From an uncultured bacterium (GTDB lineage Bacteria > Verrucomicrobiota > Verrucomicrobiia > Verrucomicrobiales > DEV007), in contig CAXBMO010000002.1 of NCBI GenBank assembly GCA_963977015.1, positions 320,001 to 384,000 on the forward strand: a stretch of 64,000 nt of DNA, given 5' to 3'. The notes beneath the pieces were generated by a model that worked only from the letters and a program-made list of their open reading frames with translations, ran no database searches and was not told the DNA's origin. This document shows, piece after piece, positions 48,814-59,226 of the stretch. Positions within the stretch are counted from its first letter, which is position 1; each line of letters opens with the position of its first letter. Position numbers and translations under genes: made by a program.

Positions 48814-49557
48814 CTAAAAGAAGAATAACGCCGTCAAAAACGCATTGGCGACGAAGACGGCCAGGAGCGAGTAAACCACGGATTGGGTCGTCGCTTTGCC
48901 GACGCCTTCCGCTCCTCCCCGCACGTTCATACCGGCGTTGCAGGCAATGGTAACGACGAGGAAGGCAAAAACGGCACTCTTGAGCATGCAGATGCCGATG
49001 TCTTGCAACGTGATGGCGGATAAGGCGCGATTGACAAAGTAAGAGGTGCTCATTTCCAAAGCCGTCTTGGTGATGAGCCAGCCTCCAAACATTCCCACAT
49101 AAATGCCGAAAATGGTCAGAACAGGCAGCATGACCATCATGGCGAGGAAGCGGGGAAGAATGAGGAACGAGGTCGGGTGAATCGCCATCACGTCGAGAGC
49201 CTCAATTTCCTCGGAAACCCGCATGGTCCCCAGTTCCGCCGTTACCGAGGAACCGCTGCGCCCGATCACGATGACTGCGATGAGCAATGGCGCCAATTCC
49301 TTGAGCAGGCTCGCCGCAGTCAATTCAGGGACAAATGCTTCCGCTCCCATCGATTTGAGGGTCGCCGCAGATTGCATCGACAAAACCAGACCAATCGATA
49401 GCGCGGTGAGGGACGCCATGGGAACGGCTTGAACACCGATCTTCACCATTTGGCTGTAGGTGTTGCCCATGCGATAAAACTGGCCGCGAAGCGGAGCGAC
49501 AAAAAGCCACCATCCCAGACTTCGCACGAGCTTGACATACTGATTAACCCCGGTCAT
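48814..49557 (-). CDS. mlaE: MlaE-type ABC permease
   Basis: KELAPL, GRSGS..TAELGTMRVSEEIEAL, GGAEGVGKATT.SVV. Confidence 0.92.
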   Translation of the reverse strand: MTGVNQYVKLVRSLGWWLFVAPLRGQFYRMGNTYSQMVKIGVQAVPMASLTALSIGLVLSMQSAATLKSMGAEAFVPELTAASLLKELAPLLIAVIVIGRSGSSVTAELGTMRVSEEIEALDVMAIHPTSFLILPRFLAMMVMLPVLTIFGIYVGMFGGWLITKTALEMSTSYFVNRALSAITLQDIGICMLKSAVFAFLVVTIACNAGMNVRGGAEGVGKATTQSVVYSLLAVFVANAFLTALFFF

Positions 49558-49649
49558 TCCGATTTCAGGCTTCGACTCATTTCTAGGACGACCCTAGCCT
49601 TTTCTTCTTCATGAGCCAAGCGTTAGGCTGCATTTTAGAACAACCACAC

Positions 49650-50498
49650 TTAGTCCCAGGTGGCGGGATCGAGCCCAAAGTAATCGACCAACTCTTGATA
49701 GAGCTCCGGCAGCTTGCGCTTCATCTTGGCCGGTTGCTCAAAGAAGGTTTCCGTCGACACGGCGAAAAATTCGGCCGGACTCAAGGCTCCGTAGGGATCC
49801 AAAAACGTCTTCCGCCCTTTCTCGGTATCCTCGACCAACTCGCTGTAACGGTGGCTGAAGACTTTGGCCCAGTCTCCGTATTCGCTCGGATCGGAGAGGA
49901 TGGGGACGCCATCGCCTCGCCCGTCTTCCTGATCCAACTGATGCGCAAACTCGTGAATCACGACATTTTGGCCATCATCCTCGTTCGCAGCCCCGTGTTG
50001 CACGCTGTCCCACGCCAGCACGACCGATCCCGTGGTCCACGATTCGCCCAACCGATGCTCAGGATCCTCCCGCAAGCTGAAGGTTCGCGCTCCTGAATCC
50101 AGATACGCAGTTGGATAGAGGATAATTGTGAAGAGTTCCGGGAAAAGGCGCCTGGGTCGCCGCCCGACCGTCAAAAGAGCCGCTTGAGCGAGAATCAAGA
50201 GCCGCATCTCGTCGGTGACCGGCCCCAAATCCGCGGGTGACTCGAACACCTTCTCCTCCATCATGATTCGCGTTTGAAATTGCAGCCTCTCGCGAAGCTC
50301 GGCAGGCAGTCTCGGGTAAATCTCAAACTTCCGGTTCAAGTAGGCATCCCACTCCGCCGGAAACTCTTCATTCTGAAAGTGCTCCACCATCCGGCGATAG
50401 CGCTGACGGCTCAACATCGGACGGACGACAAGATGGACCACCAAAAAGTAGACCGCAGCCATCACGATGAGAATTGCAATTCCGCTCAGGACGCTCAT
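49650..50498 (-). CDS. MtfA-like zinc peptidase with N-terminal TM helix
   Basis: GESW..G.VVLAW, NVVIHEFAHQLD, YGA.SPAEFFAV.TETFFE. Confidence 0.9.
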   Translation of the reverse strand: MSVLSGIAILIVMAAVYFLVVHLVVRPMLSRQRYRRMVEHFQNEEFPAEWDAYLNRKFEIYPRLPAELRERLQFQTRIMMEEKVFESPADLGPVTDEMRLLILAQAALLTVGRRPRRLFPELFTIILYPTAYLDSGARTFSLREDPEHRLGESWTTGSVVLAWDSVQHGAANEDDGQNVVIHEFAHQLDQEDGRGDGVPILSDPSEYGDWAKVFSHRYSELVEDTEKGRKTFLDPYGALSPAEFFAVSTETFFEQPAKMKRKLPELYQELVDYFGLDPATWD

Positions 50499-50509
50499 GT
50501 TCGCCTACC

Positions 50510-51613
50510 ATGGCACTCCCTGAATATTCTGAAAACCTCATTCGCCTTGCCAAGGCACTCATCAATCAAGAGAAGGCCAAAGTTCTCGTCCCACCACAAG
50601 ACAACTCGAGCGGCTACTGGTTTGGAGGCGGGAACGTGGTCCAGGCTCCCGACGGAAGCGTGCTGATTATCGGTCGATATCGCAATTATGGCGACTCGAG
50701 AACCGGGGTCGGGGCAGGCGAACGCGGCCTTGAGCTCGCCCTTTTTCGGGCTGAATCGGTCGACGATCCGTTTGAGAAGCTGCTGAGTTGGAACAAAGAG
50801 GAGCTTCAGTGCGGCGAAAAGGAAGTTGTCTCCATCGAAGGCGCGACGCTCCTGCTCGATGGAAATCAGGCCGAGTTGTTTGTCTCGACGGAGAAAGACA
50901 TCTCCTATCCGGACGATCTCGCGGACTTCCAGAAGGCAGGCACCGGCGTTTGGAGCATCGACCGCCTGGTGGCTCCCGTGGTGCTCGACCTCCAGAAGTC
51001 GCCCGTGGAAGAGGTTTTAACCGGTCCCGATCCCGCTCACCTTCATGTGAAGGATCCGAAGGCGTTTCATCTTCCCAACGGCAACACTGCGCTGATCTTT
51101 TGCAATCACCCCTACACGTGGTCGAGCTCAAACTCGGGCCTGGCCATCCGCAAACGCGGCGAGGAAACGTTTGAGACCGTGACCCACGATCTCCTGCCCC
51201 GCGGCCCGGTTTGGGACATCGCCGTTTCCCGAGTTACCGACCGCATGCCGGTTCCCAAGCTCGGCAAGTTCGTGGATCTGCCGGAAATGTGCCTCTACTT
51301 TTACTGCGGAGCCGAAAACCTGCGCCAATTGGATGACAATCCCAAAGCCGTGAAACGACCTCGCGGTTGGTCCTGCGAAGAAATCGGCGGAGTTGCCATG
51401 GGGATCGAGGACGAATTTCCGTCCTTGGAGCGACTTTCCGTCAATGAAGCGTTCTTCACCTCTCCTTATGGCACGGGTTGCAGCCGATACGTGAGCACGT
51501 TGATCACTGATCAGGGAATCTTTGCCACCTGGCAGCAATCTCAGGACGACCTTTCCCAACCACTCGTTGGCCACTTTTTGCCGATGAAAACGGTCGAGGA
51601 AATATTGAGCTAG
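50510..51613 (+). CDS. Hypothetical protein, beta-propeller glycosidase-like
   Basis: WFGGG, SIEG, HVKDP and RYVS blade-like motifs. Confidence 0.65.
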   Translation: MALPEYSENLIRLAKALINQEKAKVLVPPQDNSSGYWFGGGNVVQAPDGSVLIIGRYRNYGDSRTGVGAGERGLELALFRAESVDDPFEKLLSWNKEELQCGEKEVVSIEGATLLLDGNQAELFVSTEKDISYPDDLADFQKAGTGVWSIDRLVAPVVLDLQKSPVEEVLTGPDPAHLHVKDPKAFHLPNGNTALIFCNHPYTWSSSNSGLAIRKRGEETFETVTHDLLPRGPVWDIAVSRVTDRMPVPKLGKFVDLPEMCLYFYCGAENLRQLDDNPKAVKRPRGWSCEEIGGVAMGIEDEFPSLERLSVNEAFFTSPYGTGCSRYVSTLITDQGIFATWQQSQDDLSQPLVGHFLPMKTVEEILS

Positions 51614-51688
51614 AATCGATGGAGTTTCCCGTCAGTCCCCTTTAAGCGAACTTGACATTCCAGCGAAAAATCGGCCTATTAGGTGGCA

Positions 51689-53197
51689 ATGCGGCTGCTT
51701 TGTTATGGCATTTTGGTGTTTCTTCCCTTTTTCGCTTCGAATGGGGCTGATACCGTTGATTTGAACCTCCCGGAAGCCCGCCTTTGGACCTATCAGGGCA
51801 CCTCGATGCGCGCCCGATTGGTCGAAATCGACACGCTGGCCGTCAAAGTGGTGATGGGGTCCGATGGTTGGTCGACGAAGTTTTGGCTGGATCAGTTGAG
51901 CGACAGCGATCGCGACTACGTCAGCGAATGGCGAAAACGGGGATTTGGAATCGCCCCGAAACCGATCGTCAAAACCCCTCGGAAGGAATGGCCCAAAGAG
52001 GTAACGCCCGATCTGCGCTTCAGCGCCAAACTCGTCACCAGCGGCACCAATTCCTGGACCTACGAAACCCCCAATTACCGCTACTACAGTGATGCGAAAC
52101 TCGCACCAAGCCTGATCGAAGAATACGCGATGTGGTTTGAAGGCACCTACGCGGCGATCCAGGAAATGCCTTTGCAGCTCAAAATGAGCCCGCCTTCTGA
52201 AAAATTCGTCGTGCGACTCTTTCGCAAGCAAAGTGACTACCTTCGCGCCGGTGGTCTCCAGGGTTCAAGCGGCTCTTACATCCCCAAAACTCAGGAAATT
52301 CTGGTTCCGCTCACCTCCCTGGGAGTCCGACTTTGGGGGGAACAGATTCCGTTGGATCGCCGGACGTTTGATTCCGGCCCCCTCGTTCACGAGATCACCC
52401 ATCAGGTAATGCACTACTGGGTCCAGGTGTTGCCGGTTTGGTTCGTCGAAGGAATGGCCGAATACATGTCGTCGGTGCCCTTCAACGGGGTTTGGTATGA
52501 TTTCGAGAACATCGAAGAAGGGATCCGCAAACACCTGGAGAAGGACTACGACTTCAGCCAGACCAGCGGCGGCGTCTTCAAGGTCGATATGGTGCCTCCG
52601 CGTGAATTGATGAACTTGAGCCACGAAGAATGGACCGAGGCGCTCCGCGTTGGCAAAGCCAGCCTCAACTACTGCTCCGCGCTTCTCATGGTCTATTTCT
52701 TCGCCCATCTGGACAGCGAAGCGGGCGAGCCATCACCACTCGTCAATTACCTGCAGCAAACGCGCGAGGGACGCGATGAACGGGAGCAATTTGTCGCCGA
52801 ATACAACAAGGCGATCGAAACCTACAAGCAGAACCTGACCGCCTTCAATGACAGCGTCGATGCCTACAACAAGGCGCTGTTGGAATACCGGCAACAAGCA
52901 CCCGACTACAACAAACGCGTCCGGATTCACAACGAGCAGGTCGCCAAAGGGATCCCTCAAGCGGAACGCATTGCGGTCGGTTTACCTCCAACTCCTCCCA
53001 ATCGCCCTTCTCCGCCCTCCAAACCACAAATCCTCGTCAATAATCCCAAAGTTGGGGCGATTGACCTGTCCGAGGCCGAATCTGAAGCCCGTGACGTGCT
53101 CCTTCAGGGGCGAAATCCGGATGATCTCTGGAAGGCCATGGAAGAGGCCTTCGCGAAGCGCCGGATCTGGATTCGCGCGGTTGGCGCAAATTCCTGA
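51689..53197 (+). CDS. Exported protein with SHD1-like N-domain and zincin motif (DUF1570/MA-like)
   Basis: RLWTY.G...ARLV...LSDSDRDYV; HEITHQ...WFVEGMAEY. Confidence 0.75.
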   Translation: MRLLCYGILVFLPFFASNGADTVDLNLPEARLWTYQGTSMRARLVEIDTLAVKVVMGSDGWSTKFWLDQLSDSDRDYVSEWRKRGFGIAPKPIVKTPRKEWPKEVTPDLRFSAKLVTSGTNSWTYETPNYRYYSDAKLAPSLIEEYAMWFEGTYAAIQEMPLQLKMSPPSEKFVVRLFRKQSDYLRAGGLQGSSGSYIPKTQEILVPLTSLGVRLWGEQIPLDRRTFDSGPLVHEITHQVMHYWVQVLPVWFVEGMAEYMSSVPFNGVWYDFENIEEGIRKHLEKDYDFSQTSGGVFKVDMVPPRELMNLSHEEWTEALRVGKASLNYCSALLMVYFFAHLDSEAGEPSPLVNYLQQTREGRDEREQFVAEYNKAIETYKQNLTAFNDSVDAYNKALLEYRQQAPDYNKRVRIHNEQVAKGIPQAERIAVGLPPTPPNRPSPPSKPQILVNNPKVGAIDLSEAESEARDVLLQGRNPDDLWKAMEEAFAKRRIWIRAVGANS

Positions 53198-53237
53198 AAG
53201 GTCGACCGCTGAACCATCGCAAAGCGCGATGGCCGGC

Positions 53238-53945
53238 TCAATTCGACAACGCGTCCATCAAGAACGCGATATCCGGAGGAATCAGGTCGTTGAAATTCAC
53301 GTTTTTGTCATCCCCAGACTCCAGCCGGAACACCCCGTTCGCCCCGTCGGCCTTGAGCAGCGCGCCGTGAAATTTCTCCCCGTTTTTCAACTCCCAATCG
53401 CGATATTCGGTAATCACCACGGCACCAACCTCCACATCCTCTTTCATGATCTGGAAGACCTTGCTGCTGCCTTCCAGGACTTCGCCCGTGGTGCTCGAAA
53501 TGACGGGCTCATCCTTGGCTCGCAATCCGGCCTCGACCAAGGCGGCGTGAATCATCCGGTCATAGTCATCCTGAACTTGAACGCCGTTCAGTCCCGGAAC
53601 CAACGGCTTGCCCTGCAAATTGGTGACCACGACCGCGGGAAGAACATCGATCTTCTGCGCGAAGTTCTTGGCGAAGAGAGACTGATTTTTGGACTCGCTG
53701 GAGTTGCAGAGAACCACGACAAACTCTTCGCCCTTCATCTTCAACTTGTTGTCGTTCAACAACGTGGCGAAGTTTCGTGACCCCTGATCAGAGCCATCCA
53801 ACAGCGCAAACAGGATGAGCGGTTGTTTGTTGGTGCGAGCGTAGGAAATCGCAGCGGATGCATCCTGCACAACGCGCGGCTTCTCCGCGAGACCAATCGA
53901 AACGGTGAGAAACGTGACGAGAAACGTAAGGGGGATCGTTTTCAT
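53238..53945 (-). CDS. Exported protein, thioredoxin-like fold without CxxC plus SHD1-like C-domain
   Basis: Signal peptide; ARTNKQPLILF, VLPAVVVT; RDWELKNGEKFHGALL...DLIPPDIAFL. Confidence 0.6.
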   Translation of the reverse strand: MKTIPLTFLVTFLTVSIGLAEKPRVVQDASAAISYARTNKQPLILFALLDGSDQGSRNFATLLNDNKLKMKGEEFVVVLCNSSESKNQSLFAKNFAQKIDVLPAVVVTNLQGKPLVPGLNGVQVQDDYDRMIHAALVEAGLRAKDEPVISSTTGEVLEGSSKVFQIMKEDVEVGAVVITEYRDWELKNGEKFHGALLKADGANGVFRLESGDDKNVNFNDLIPPDIAFLMDALSN

Positions 53946-54010
53946 GAGGGAGGCGGAAAATTCTTCAGTGCGAAGAAACTAGCACATCGATGAGAACCCG
54001 CAAAAGCAGC

Positions 54011-54649
54011 TTAGTTCACTTTTGGCGACGATTCCGGCTGAAAATTCTGCTTCACCCCTTCGCCAAATCGATAATGCCCGAGGACTTTCCAATCGAACAA
54101 CCGCTGTTCCAGCTTCGGCCCCGCCCCAATGTTGTGCACAATCCAGACACCCGATTCACCTTCCGGAGCGGGAACCACAATTCCAATATGCGTTAACCCA
54201 CGCCCATTCAGATCCCAGGCAACCAAATCCCCCGCCTTATAGTCGGCTTCGTCATCGGAGACCGGCAGGGCAGCCCCTTGGCGCTTGAAATATCGCTGCA
54301 GATTCGGAACCCGGCGATGATCGATGTTCTTGTCCGGCCGGCTCAGTCCCCAATTTTTCGGGTATCGGGAGAAATTGCGGCGCATGTCTTCGTGAACCAA
54401 CGCCTGAAGATCGATTCCAAGCGCGCGGTAGCTCCGAATCACCACATCCGTGCAAACACCGGTCTCTGGGGGCACGTCGCCTCCCGGATATTTCAAAACC
54501 ACGTAGGCCGGATCATAGCGAACGAAGGATTTCGTGCGCTCCAACGCAGCCTTCGCGAGACGATCATAAAACGTCGGTTCCTGCTCCTGAGCAGAAAGAA
54601 TTCCAGTTGCCAGAAGCGAGACCAAAACCAGTCCAAAACAGCATTTCAT
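54011..54649 (-). CDS. DUF1287 (YijF-like) protein
   Basis: YDPAY..L.YPGGDVP, GVCTDVVIR, DKNIDHRRVPNL, HIGIV, HNIGAG. Confidence 0.9.
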   Translation of the reverse strand: MKCCFGLVLVSLLATGILSAQEQEPTFYDRLAKAALERTKSFVRYDPAYVVLKYPGGDVPPETGVCTDVVIRSYRALGIDLQALVHEDMRRNFSRYPKNWGLSRPDKNIDHRRVPNLQRYFKRQGAALPVSDDEADYKAGDLVAWDLNGRGLTHIGIVVPAPEGESGVWIVHNIGAGPKLEQRLFDWKVLGHYRFGEGVKQNFQPESSPKVN

Positions 54650-54681
54650 GCGGCCTTGGACGGCTTGCGAGGCAAACTTGA

Positions 54682-55278
54682 TCAACTATCAGCCTTCTCT
54701 TTTTTCTCAGCCTTGCCGGTTTCCTTCTTGGTCGCCTTTTCTCCGTCCTTGAAAGGAACAAACTTCAACACCGTTCCGTTGATGCAGTAGCGCTTGTCGG
54801 TCGGCGTATCGAAACCTTCACCTTCGAAAACGTGGCCGAGATGGCCGTCGCAAACCATGCATCGCACTTCCGTCCGGGCATAGCCCAAGTGGAAATCGGT
54901 CTCGTACTTCACGTTTTTCGCGTTGGCCGGATCATAAAAGGACGGCCACCCGCAATGAGAATCGAACTTCTCCTTGGAGCTGAACAACTCCGCGTTGCAT
55001 CCCGCACAGTAGTAAGTTCCACCGCCCTGCGCCTTGAACTCCTTGTAAACCTGACCGTTGGATCGCTCCGTTCCCGCCTGGCGCAGGATCCGGAATTGCT
55101 CCGGCGTCAGCTCCTTCTTCCACTCCTCCTCCGTCTTTTTTACCGGGCTTTTCGGTTGCTCCGGCGCCTTCTCCAGAACCTCGATCACCGTTTCTTTCTC
55201 ATCTTCAGCGTTCAGCGACAACGCGAATCCGGCAAACAGGCAAAGCAACGAAACAAACAGGGTGGAGGCTTTTTTCAT
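54682..55278 (-). CDS. msrB: Peptide-methionine (R)-S-oxide reductase with signal peptide
   Basis: GTE, CAGC, KFDSHCGWPSF, RTEVRC, HLGHVF, RYCING. Confidence 0.95.
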   Translation of the reverse strand: MKKASTLFVSLLCLFAGFALSLNAEDEKETVIEVLEKAPEQPKSPVKKTEEEWKKELTPEQFRILRQAGTERSNGQVYKEFKAQGGGTYYCAGCNAELFSSKEKFDSHCGWPSFYDPANAKNVKYETDFHLGYARTEVRCMVCDGHLGHVFEGEGFDTPTDKRYCINGTVLKFVPFKDGEKATKKETGKAEKKEKADS

Positions 55279-55434
55279 TCCAGAAAATAGGAGCCTCCGC
55301 CGAAGTCGCAAACGCAAAAAGCAGCTCGTCGAAAGCGGTTATCAGGCAAAATCTCTCCTTCATTGGAAAATTGATGGACCGACAGCGTTGATCGTTGACT
55401 TCCTTCCACACATTGGAGAAAACCGGGGCGGGCT

Positions 55435-57648
55435 ATGAACAGATTTCCATTTCGTCGGGTTTCACACTTTTCATCGCGAGGCGCATCCCCTCGTTGGATG
55501 CTGCTTTTTCTTGCGATCACGCTCCCGCTGATCATTGCCACGGTCACCTTTTTGGCGCTCAACGGTTCCATTTCCATTCCGGAATCGCTTAGACCTGCTC
55601 CAACCGAAGTGCAGCGAATCGCACCGATTGAGTTTCCGGACGGCGTGCCGGATGCGTCGGATATCCGTCCCAAGGTTGAATCCTGGATGCGTAAAAACTG
55701 GATCAAGAACGCTCCGAACCGCACCAAAGCTGAAGCTGACTTTCTGACCGCCGCCATTGCCTGCGAGCTTGATGCCCCGAAAGCTCCCTCCTCCTCCCAG
55801 TTATCGATTCTGGCGGAAGCGCTGGAAGCGAATCCGGAAAGTGATCCGATCCTGGCTTACCTCGTCGGGATCTGGCATCGCGACAATGAAGTTGCCATCC
55901 CCTTGCTGAGAGAGTGCATCAAGCATCTCGACCAGACTCCCGGCCAGGAGTCGACGGCGTGGATGGCGGCCGTTCAATACGCCCGCCGGCTCTTCCGGTC
56001 CGGCAACCAGGACGATTTTCCCATTGCCCAGGCCGCCGCAACCCAGGCGCTCCAATTGCTAACGAAAGCTCTGGACGCCAATCGCGGATATGCGGACGAG
56101 GATGACTGGGTCGCAGAATATATTTTGCTCGGGTATGGAACCGGTCATCGGCGTCCGGGGAGAAAGGAGTTCCTCGCCGAGAACTACGCCAAGTTTGCCA
56201 CGGTTGCATCCAACCACCCCGACCTTCCCTCCTGGCTCAAGCATTGGATCCTCGGGCTCGCCTACAACGCGGAAGGCTGGGAAGCGAGAGGTGGCGGCTA
56301 TTCCGATTCCGTCACCCAAAAGGGCTGGGAAATCTTCTATGCGAAGATGGCGCAAAGCGCGGAACACCTCGAAAAAGCCTATCTTGAGAATCCGAATCAT
56401 CCCGGTCCGGCAGCCTCCCGCTGTTACGTTGCATTGACCTACAGCCAAACACCGATTCGAGAGATGCGACTGTGGTTCGATCGTTCCACCGCCGCTCAAA
56501 TCGACTATTCCCGCGCCTATCGAACGATGCTGTGGGGACTCCGGCCACGCTGGCATGGGAGCAAAGGAAAGATGCTCGAATTCGGCCTTCAATGCATGAA
56601 TTCCGGCAGATTTGACAGCGATGTGCCCTGGGAATACCTCACGGCTCACCGTGACATCGCCTCGGAGTGGGATCTTCCGGATTACTACTATATTGAATTG
56701 CGAAAACGGGCTGCGTTCGACTCGCTTTTCGCCGGTTACGAAGCATCGCCCGAGCGGGAACCCTGGCGAGAATTCGATCGGTCCCGGGCCGCCGTTTTTT
56801 GGTACAAATGTCAGGATTACACCAAGGCATGGCCGCTGCTCGAACAACTCGACTTCCAACTTGATCCGCGCGTTCTCGAAGAATGGGGACTGGAGAATTC
56901 CAGCTTTCTGGTTGGAAAAACCGCCGCATTTGCCAGCTCAGCCGGTGACAACCTCATCGAAGCCGAAGATGCGGAAGTCGATTTCGATGCCGAAACGGCA
57001 GTCACGCTCTATCGCCAGGCCCTCGATACCCCGGGTATGAACGAAAAAGCGAAGCCGTTCCTCCGTGACCGCGTTGTCATGATGGAGATGGAATCCCATT
57101 TGGCAGCCAATGAGGAAACGTCATTCCTGCCTCAAGCGGACTCGGACGGAGCCGGTTGGGTCCGCGAGGGGGATCATTGGTCTCTGGAAGACGGGCTAAC
57201 TTGGAACGGGGGAACCGGTCGAGCCCTCTTCACCGCATTGGCGCGAATCGGTCCGATTTTCACCATGACCGGCGAGATTGAAATCGACCCGGGAACGTCG
57301 GAACAAGCGTCGGCCTTTGTGGCTTATGGCTATCCCGGCGCCAACAAATGGAGCGATTGGGCCAGCGTTCGATTCCAGATCAACAAGGGCGAGGGAATCG
57401 TCTCGGCGGGACAAAGCTACGCTCGCCCCCGCGACTCCGCCCTTGCCCCCATTCAGGAACGCTTCACGTTCGAGCTGTCGGTCGATAAAATGATGATCAA
57501 CCTCAAGATCAACGATTCCCCGGTTATGACCGACGTTCGCCAAACAAAAGGCGTGGTGACCCAGTTTTACTCCCAACTTGGCCTCGGCATTTCTTCAGAC
57601 AATCCCGAGGCTTCCATCCGATTCACCAACGTGAAATTGCGGAAATAG
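55435..57648 (+). CDS. DUF4034-like / helical-repeat membrane-anchored protein
   Basis: N-terminal TM; GWEARGGGY..SV...GW..F and LRPRWHGS...M..F motifs. Confidence 0.7.
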   Translation: MNRFPFRRVSHFSSRGASPRWMLLFLAITLPLIIATVTFLALNGSISIPESLRPAPTEVQRIAPIEFPDGVPDASDIRPKVESWMRKNWIKNAPNRTKAEADFLTAAIACELDAPKAPSSSQLSILAEALEANPESDPILAYLVGIWHRDNEVAIPLLRECIKHLDQTPGQESTAWMAAVQYARRLFRSGNQDDFPIAQAAATQALQLLTKALDANRGYADEDDWVAEYILLGYGTGHRRPGRKEFLAENYAKFATVASNHPDLPSWLKHWILGLAYNAEGWEARGGGYSDSVTQKGWEIFYAKMAQSAEHLEKAYLENPNHPGPAASRCYVALTYSQTPIREMRLWFDRSTAAQIDYSRAYRTMLWGLRPRWHGSKGKMLEFGLQCMNSGRFDSDVPWEYLTAHRDIASEWDLPDYYYIELRKRAAFDSLFAGYEASPEREPWREFDRSRAAVFWYKCQDYTKAWPLLEQLDFQLDPRVLEEWGLENSSFLVGKTAAFASSAGDNLIEAEDAEVDFDAETAVTLYRQALDTPGMNEKAKPFLRDRVVMMEMESHLAANEETSFLPQADSDGAGWVREGDHWSLEDGLTWNGGTGRALFTALARIGPIFTMTGEIEIDPGTSEQASAFVAYGYPGANKWSDWASVRFQINKGEGIVSAGQSYARPRDSALAPIQERFTFELSVDKMMINLKINDSPVMTDVRQTKGVVTQFYSQLGLGISSDNPEASIRFTNVKLRK

Positions 57649-57750
57649 CCCGTCAACATGCAGTTGGACCGATTCCCAATAGTCGGGATTGATCTAAAAC
57701 TCATCTTCTTTCTTGCTTCGAACTCTGTTCTTCTCTATCAAACTATCGCC

Positions 57751-59226
57751 ATGGAGGAGAGTCATTTTATTGAAGCCCTGTCGCAGTCAGGGATTTGGAA
57801 ATTTTTTAGAGAAGAAGCTTTTTGGAAGCTCATAACCATTCTGGGGGCAATTGTCGCGGTTGGCAAAGCGATGCGTGAATACTACCGAATGAAGTCGGCC
57901 TTTCGCGAGAAAGAGAAGGAACTGCAAGACAGCAAAAACAACAATATTAGGCTAGCTGCCGAGTCGGAAAAGAAAATTGCTACGCTTCAAACGCGACTGG
58001 ATTATCAGGAAAAGACATTGTCGCTCTTTCAAGAAGTTGGTGCTGACGGTACAGAAGCCCCCGATCGTGTTCCGATTGACAAGAATGCCCTGCTGAATGC
58101 GGTAAAGAATGGAGCAAAACAAATGATCGAGTTGAACCGCAAATTAGAGGAGGCCAAGAAAAAGAGCGTCTGGTATTTGCCCGCTAAACGTACGATCCTC
58201 CCACGTGAATCCAAAACCAAGTTCATCGCCCTCGCTAATTTGAAAGGCGGCGTAGGCAAGAGCACTATTTCCGCGAACTTGGGGGCTGAGTTGGCTAGTC
58301 GCGGTAAAAAAGTATTGCTGGTCGATCTGGATTGGCAACAATCGCTGACCCGACTTTCGCTTACTAAACTCCAAACCCGCACCCATTTTGCCGGAGACTC
58401 CGGCGCGGTGAGCGATGCGCTTCTCCGCTACTGCAATGACGCTGAGGACGTTATGCACGAATTCCGCCCCGTTCGTGTTGAGCGCGAGAATACGGAACTT
58501 TACGTCCTCCCAGTGCCCTACCGGTTGATGTTCGCCGAAGATCTCGCTCTCATCAGTTGGTTTGCCGACGACTCTAAGGAGGATGCTCGATTCGTTGTCG
58601 CCAACCAGTTGCAACGTTGGGCGGAAAACTTTCAACCAAATCCCAATCATGATTCTACAGTAGATCTCGACTACGTAATCTTGGACTGCCCACCGCGATT
58701 GACCGTCAGCATGACCGCTGCTCTTTCCTGCGCCGATCTCGTTGTGGTGCCTAGCCTTCCAGATGAAACTTCACTCAATGGTGTGGGATTGCTCTTTTCC
58801 GAGCCACTCCGAGATTTACGCAATATCATTTGGCCTAAACCGGAAGAAGATCTTTTATCCACGACTCCAGTTTTCGGATTGGTTTCGAATCGTGTCTATC
58901 GAGCTGACTATATACCGGACGCGGTCGAGTCAGTTCGCGAAGTGGCTGAGGGGCTTAACCTTCAGCACCACGATTTCTCAATTCAAGCATCCACCACTGG
59001 CATTGCTCAGAATTCCGCGTTCCGTGATGCGGCCGAAAGTACGAGACAGGACCGCCGCCAATTCGCGATGGACTTTTCCGGAGATGGACCAAAAGAACAA
59101 CTCGCAGGTTTGGCTAACGATGTCGAGCGATGGTTGGAATCAACTCCGGCACGCCCTTCCGTTGCTCCATCAACCAATCGAATCGCCCAACTCACAGGCA
59201 ACCGCACTCAGGCATTAAGGCCATGA
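57751..59226 (+). CDS. ParA/MinD-family ATPase with N-terminal hydrophobic helix and coiled coil
   Basis: Deviant Walker A NLKGGVGKST, VLLVDLDWQ, YVILDCPP; about 150-aa N-terminal extension. Confidence 0.88.
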   Translation: MEESHFIEALSQSGIWKFFREEAFWKLITILGAIVAVGKAMREYYRMKSAFREKEKELQDSKNNNIRLAAESEKKIATLQTRLDYQEKTLSLFQEVGADGTEAPDRVPIDKNALLNAVKNGAKQMIELNRKLEEAKKKSVWYLPAKRTILPRESKTKFIALANLKGGVGKSTISANLGAELASRGKKVLLVDLDWQQSLTRLSLTKLQTRTHFAGDSGAVSDALLRYCNDAEDVMHEFRPVRVERENTELYVLPVPYRLMFAEDLALISWFADDSKEDARFVVANQLQRWAENFQPNPNHDSTVDLDYVILDCPPRLTVSMTAALSCADLVVVPSLPDETSLNGVGLLFSEPLRDLRNIIWPKPEEDLLSTTPVFGLVSNRVYRADYIPDAVESVREVAEGLNLQHHDFSIQASTTGIAQNSAFRDAAESTRQDRRQFAMDFSGDGPKEQLAGLANDVERWLESTPARPSVAPSTNRIAQLTGNRTQALRP

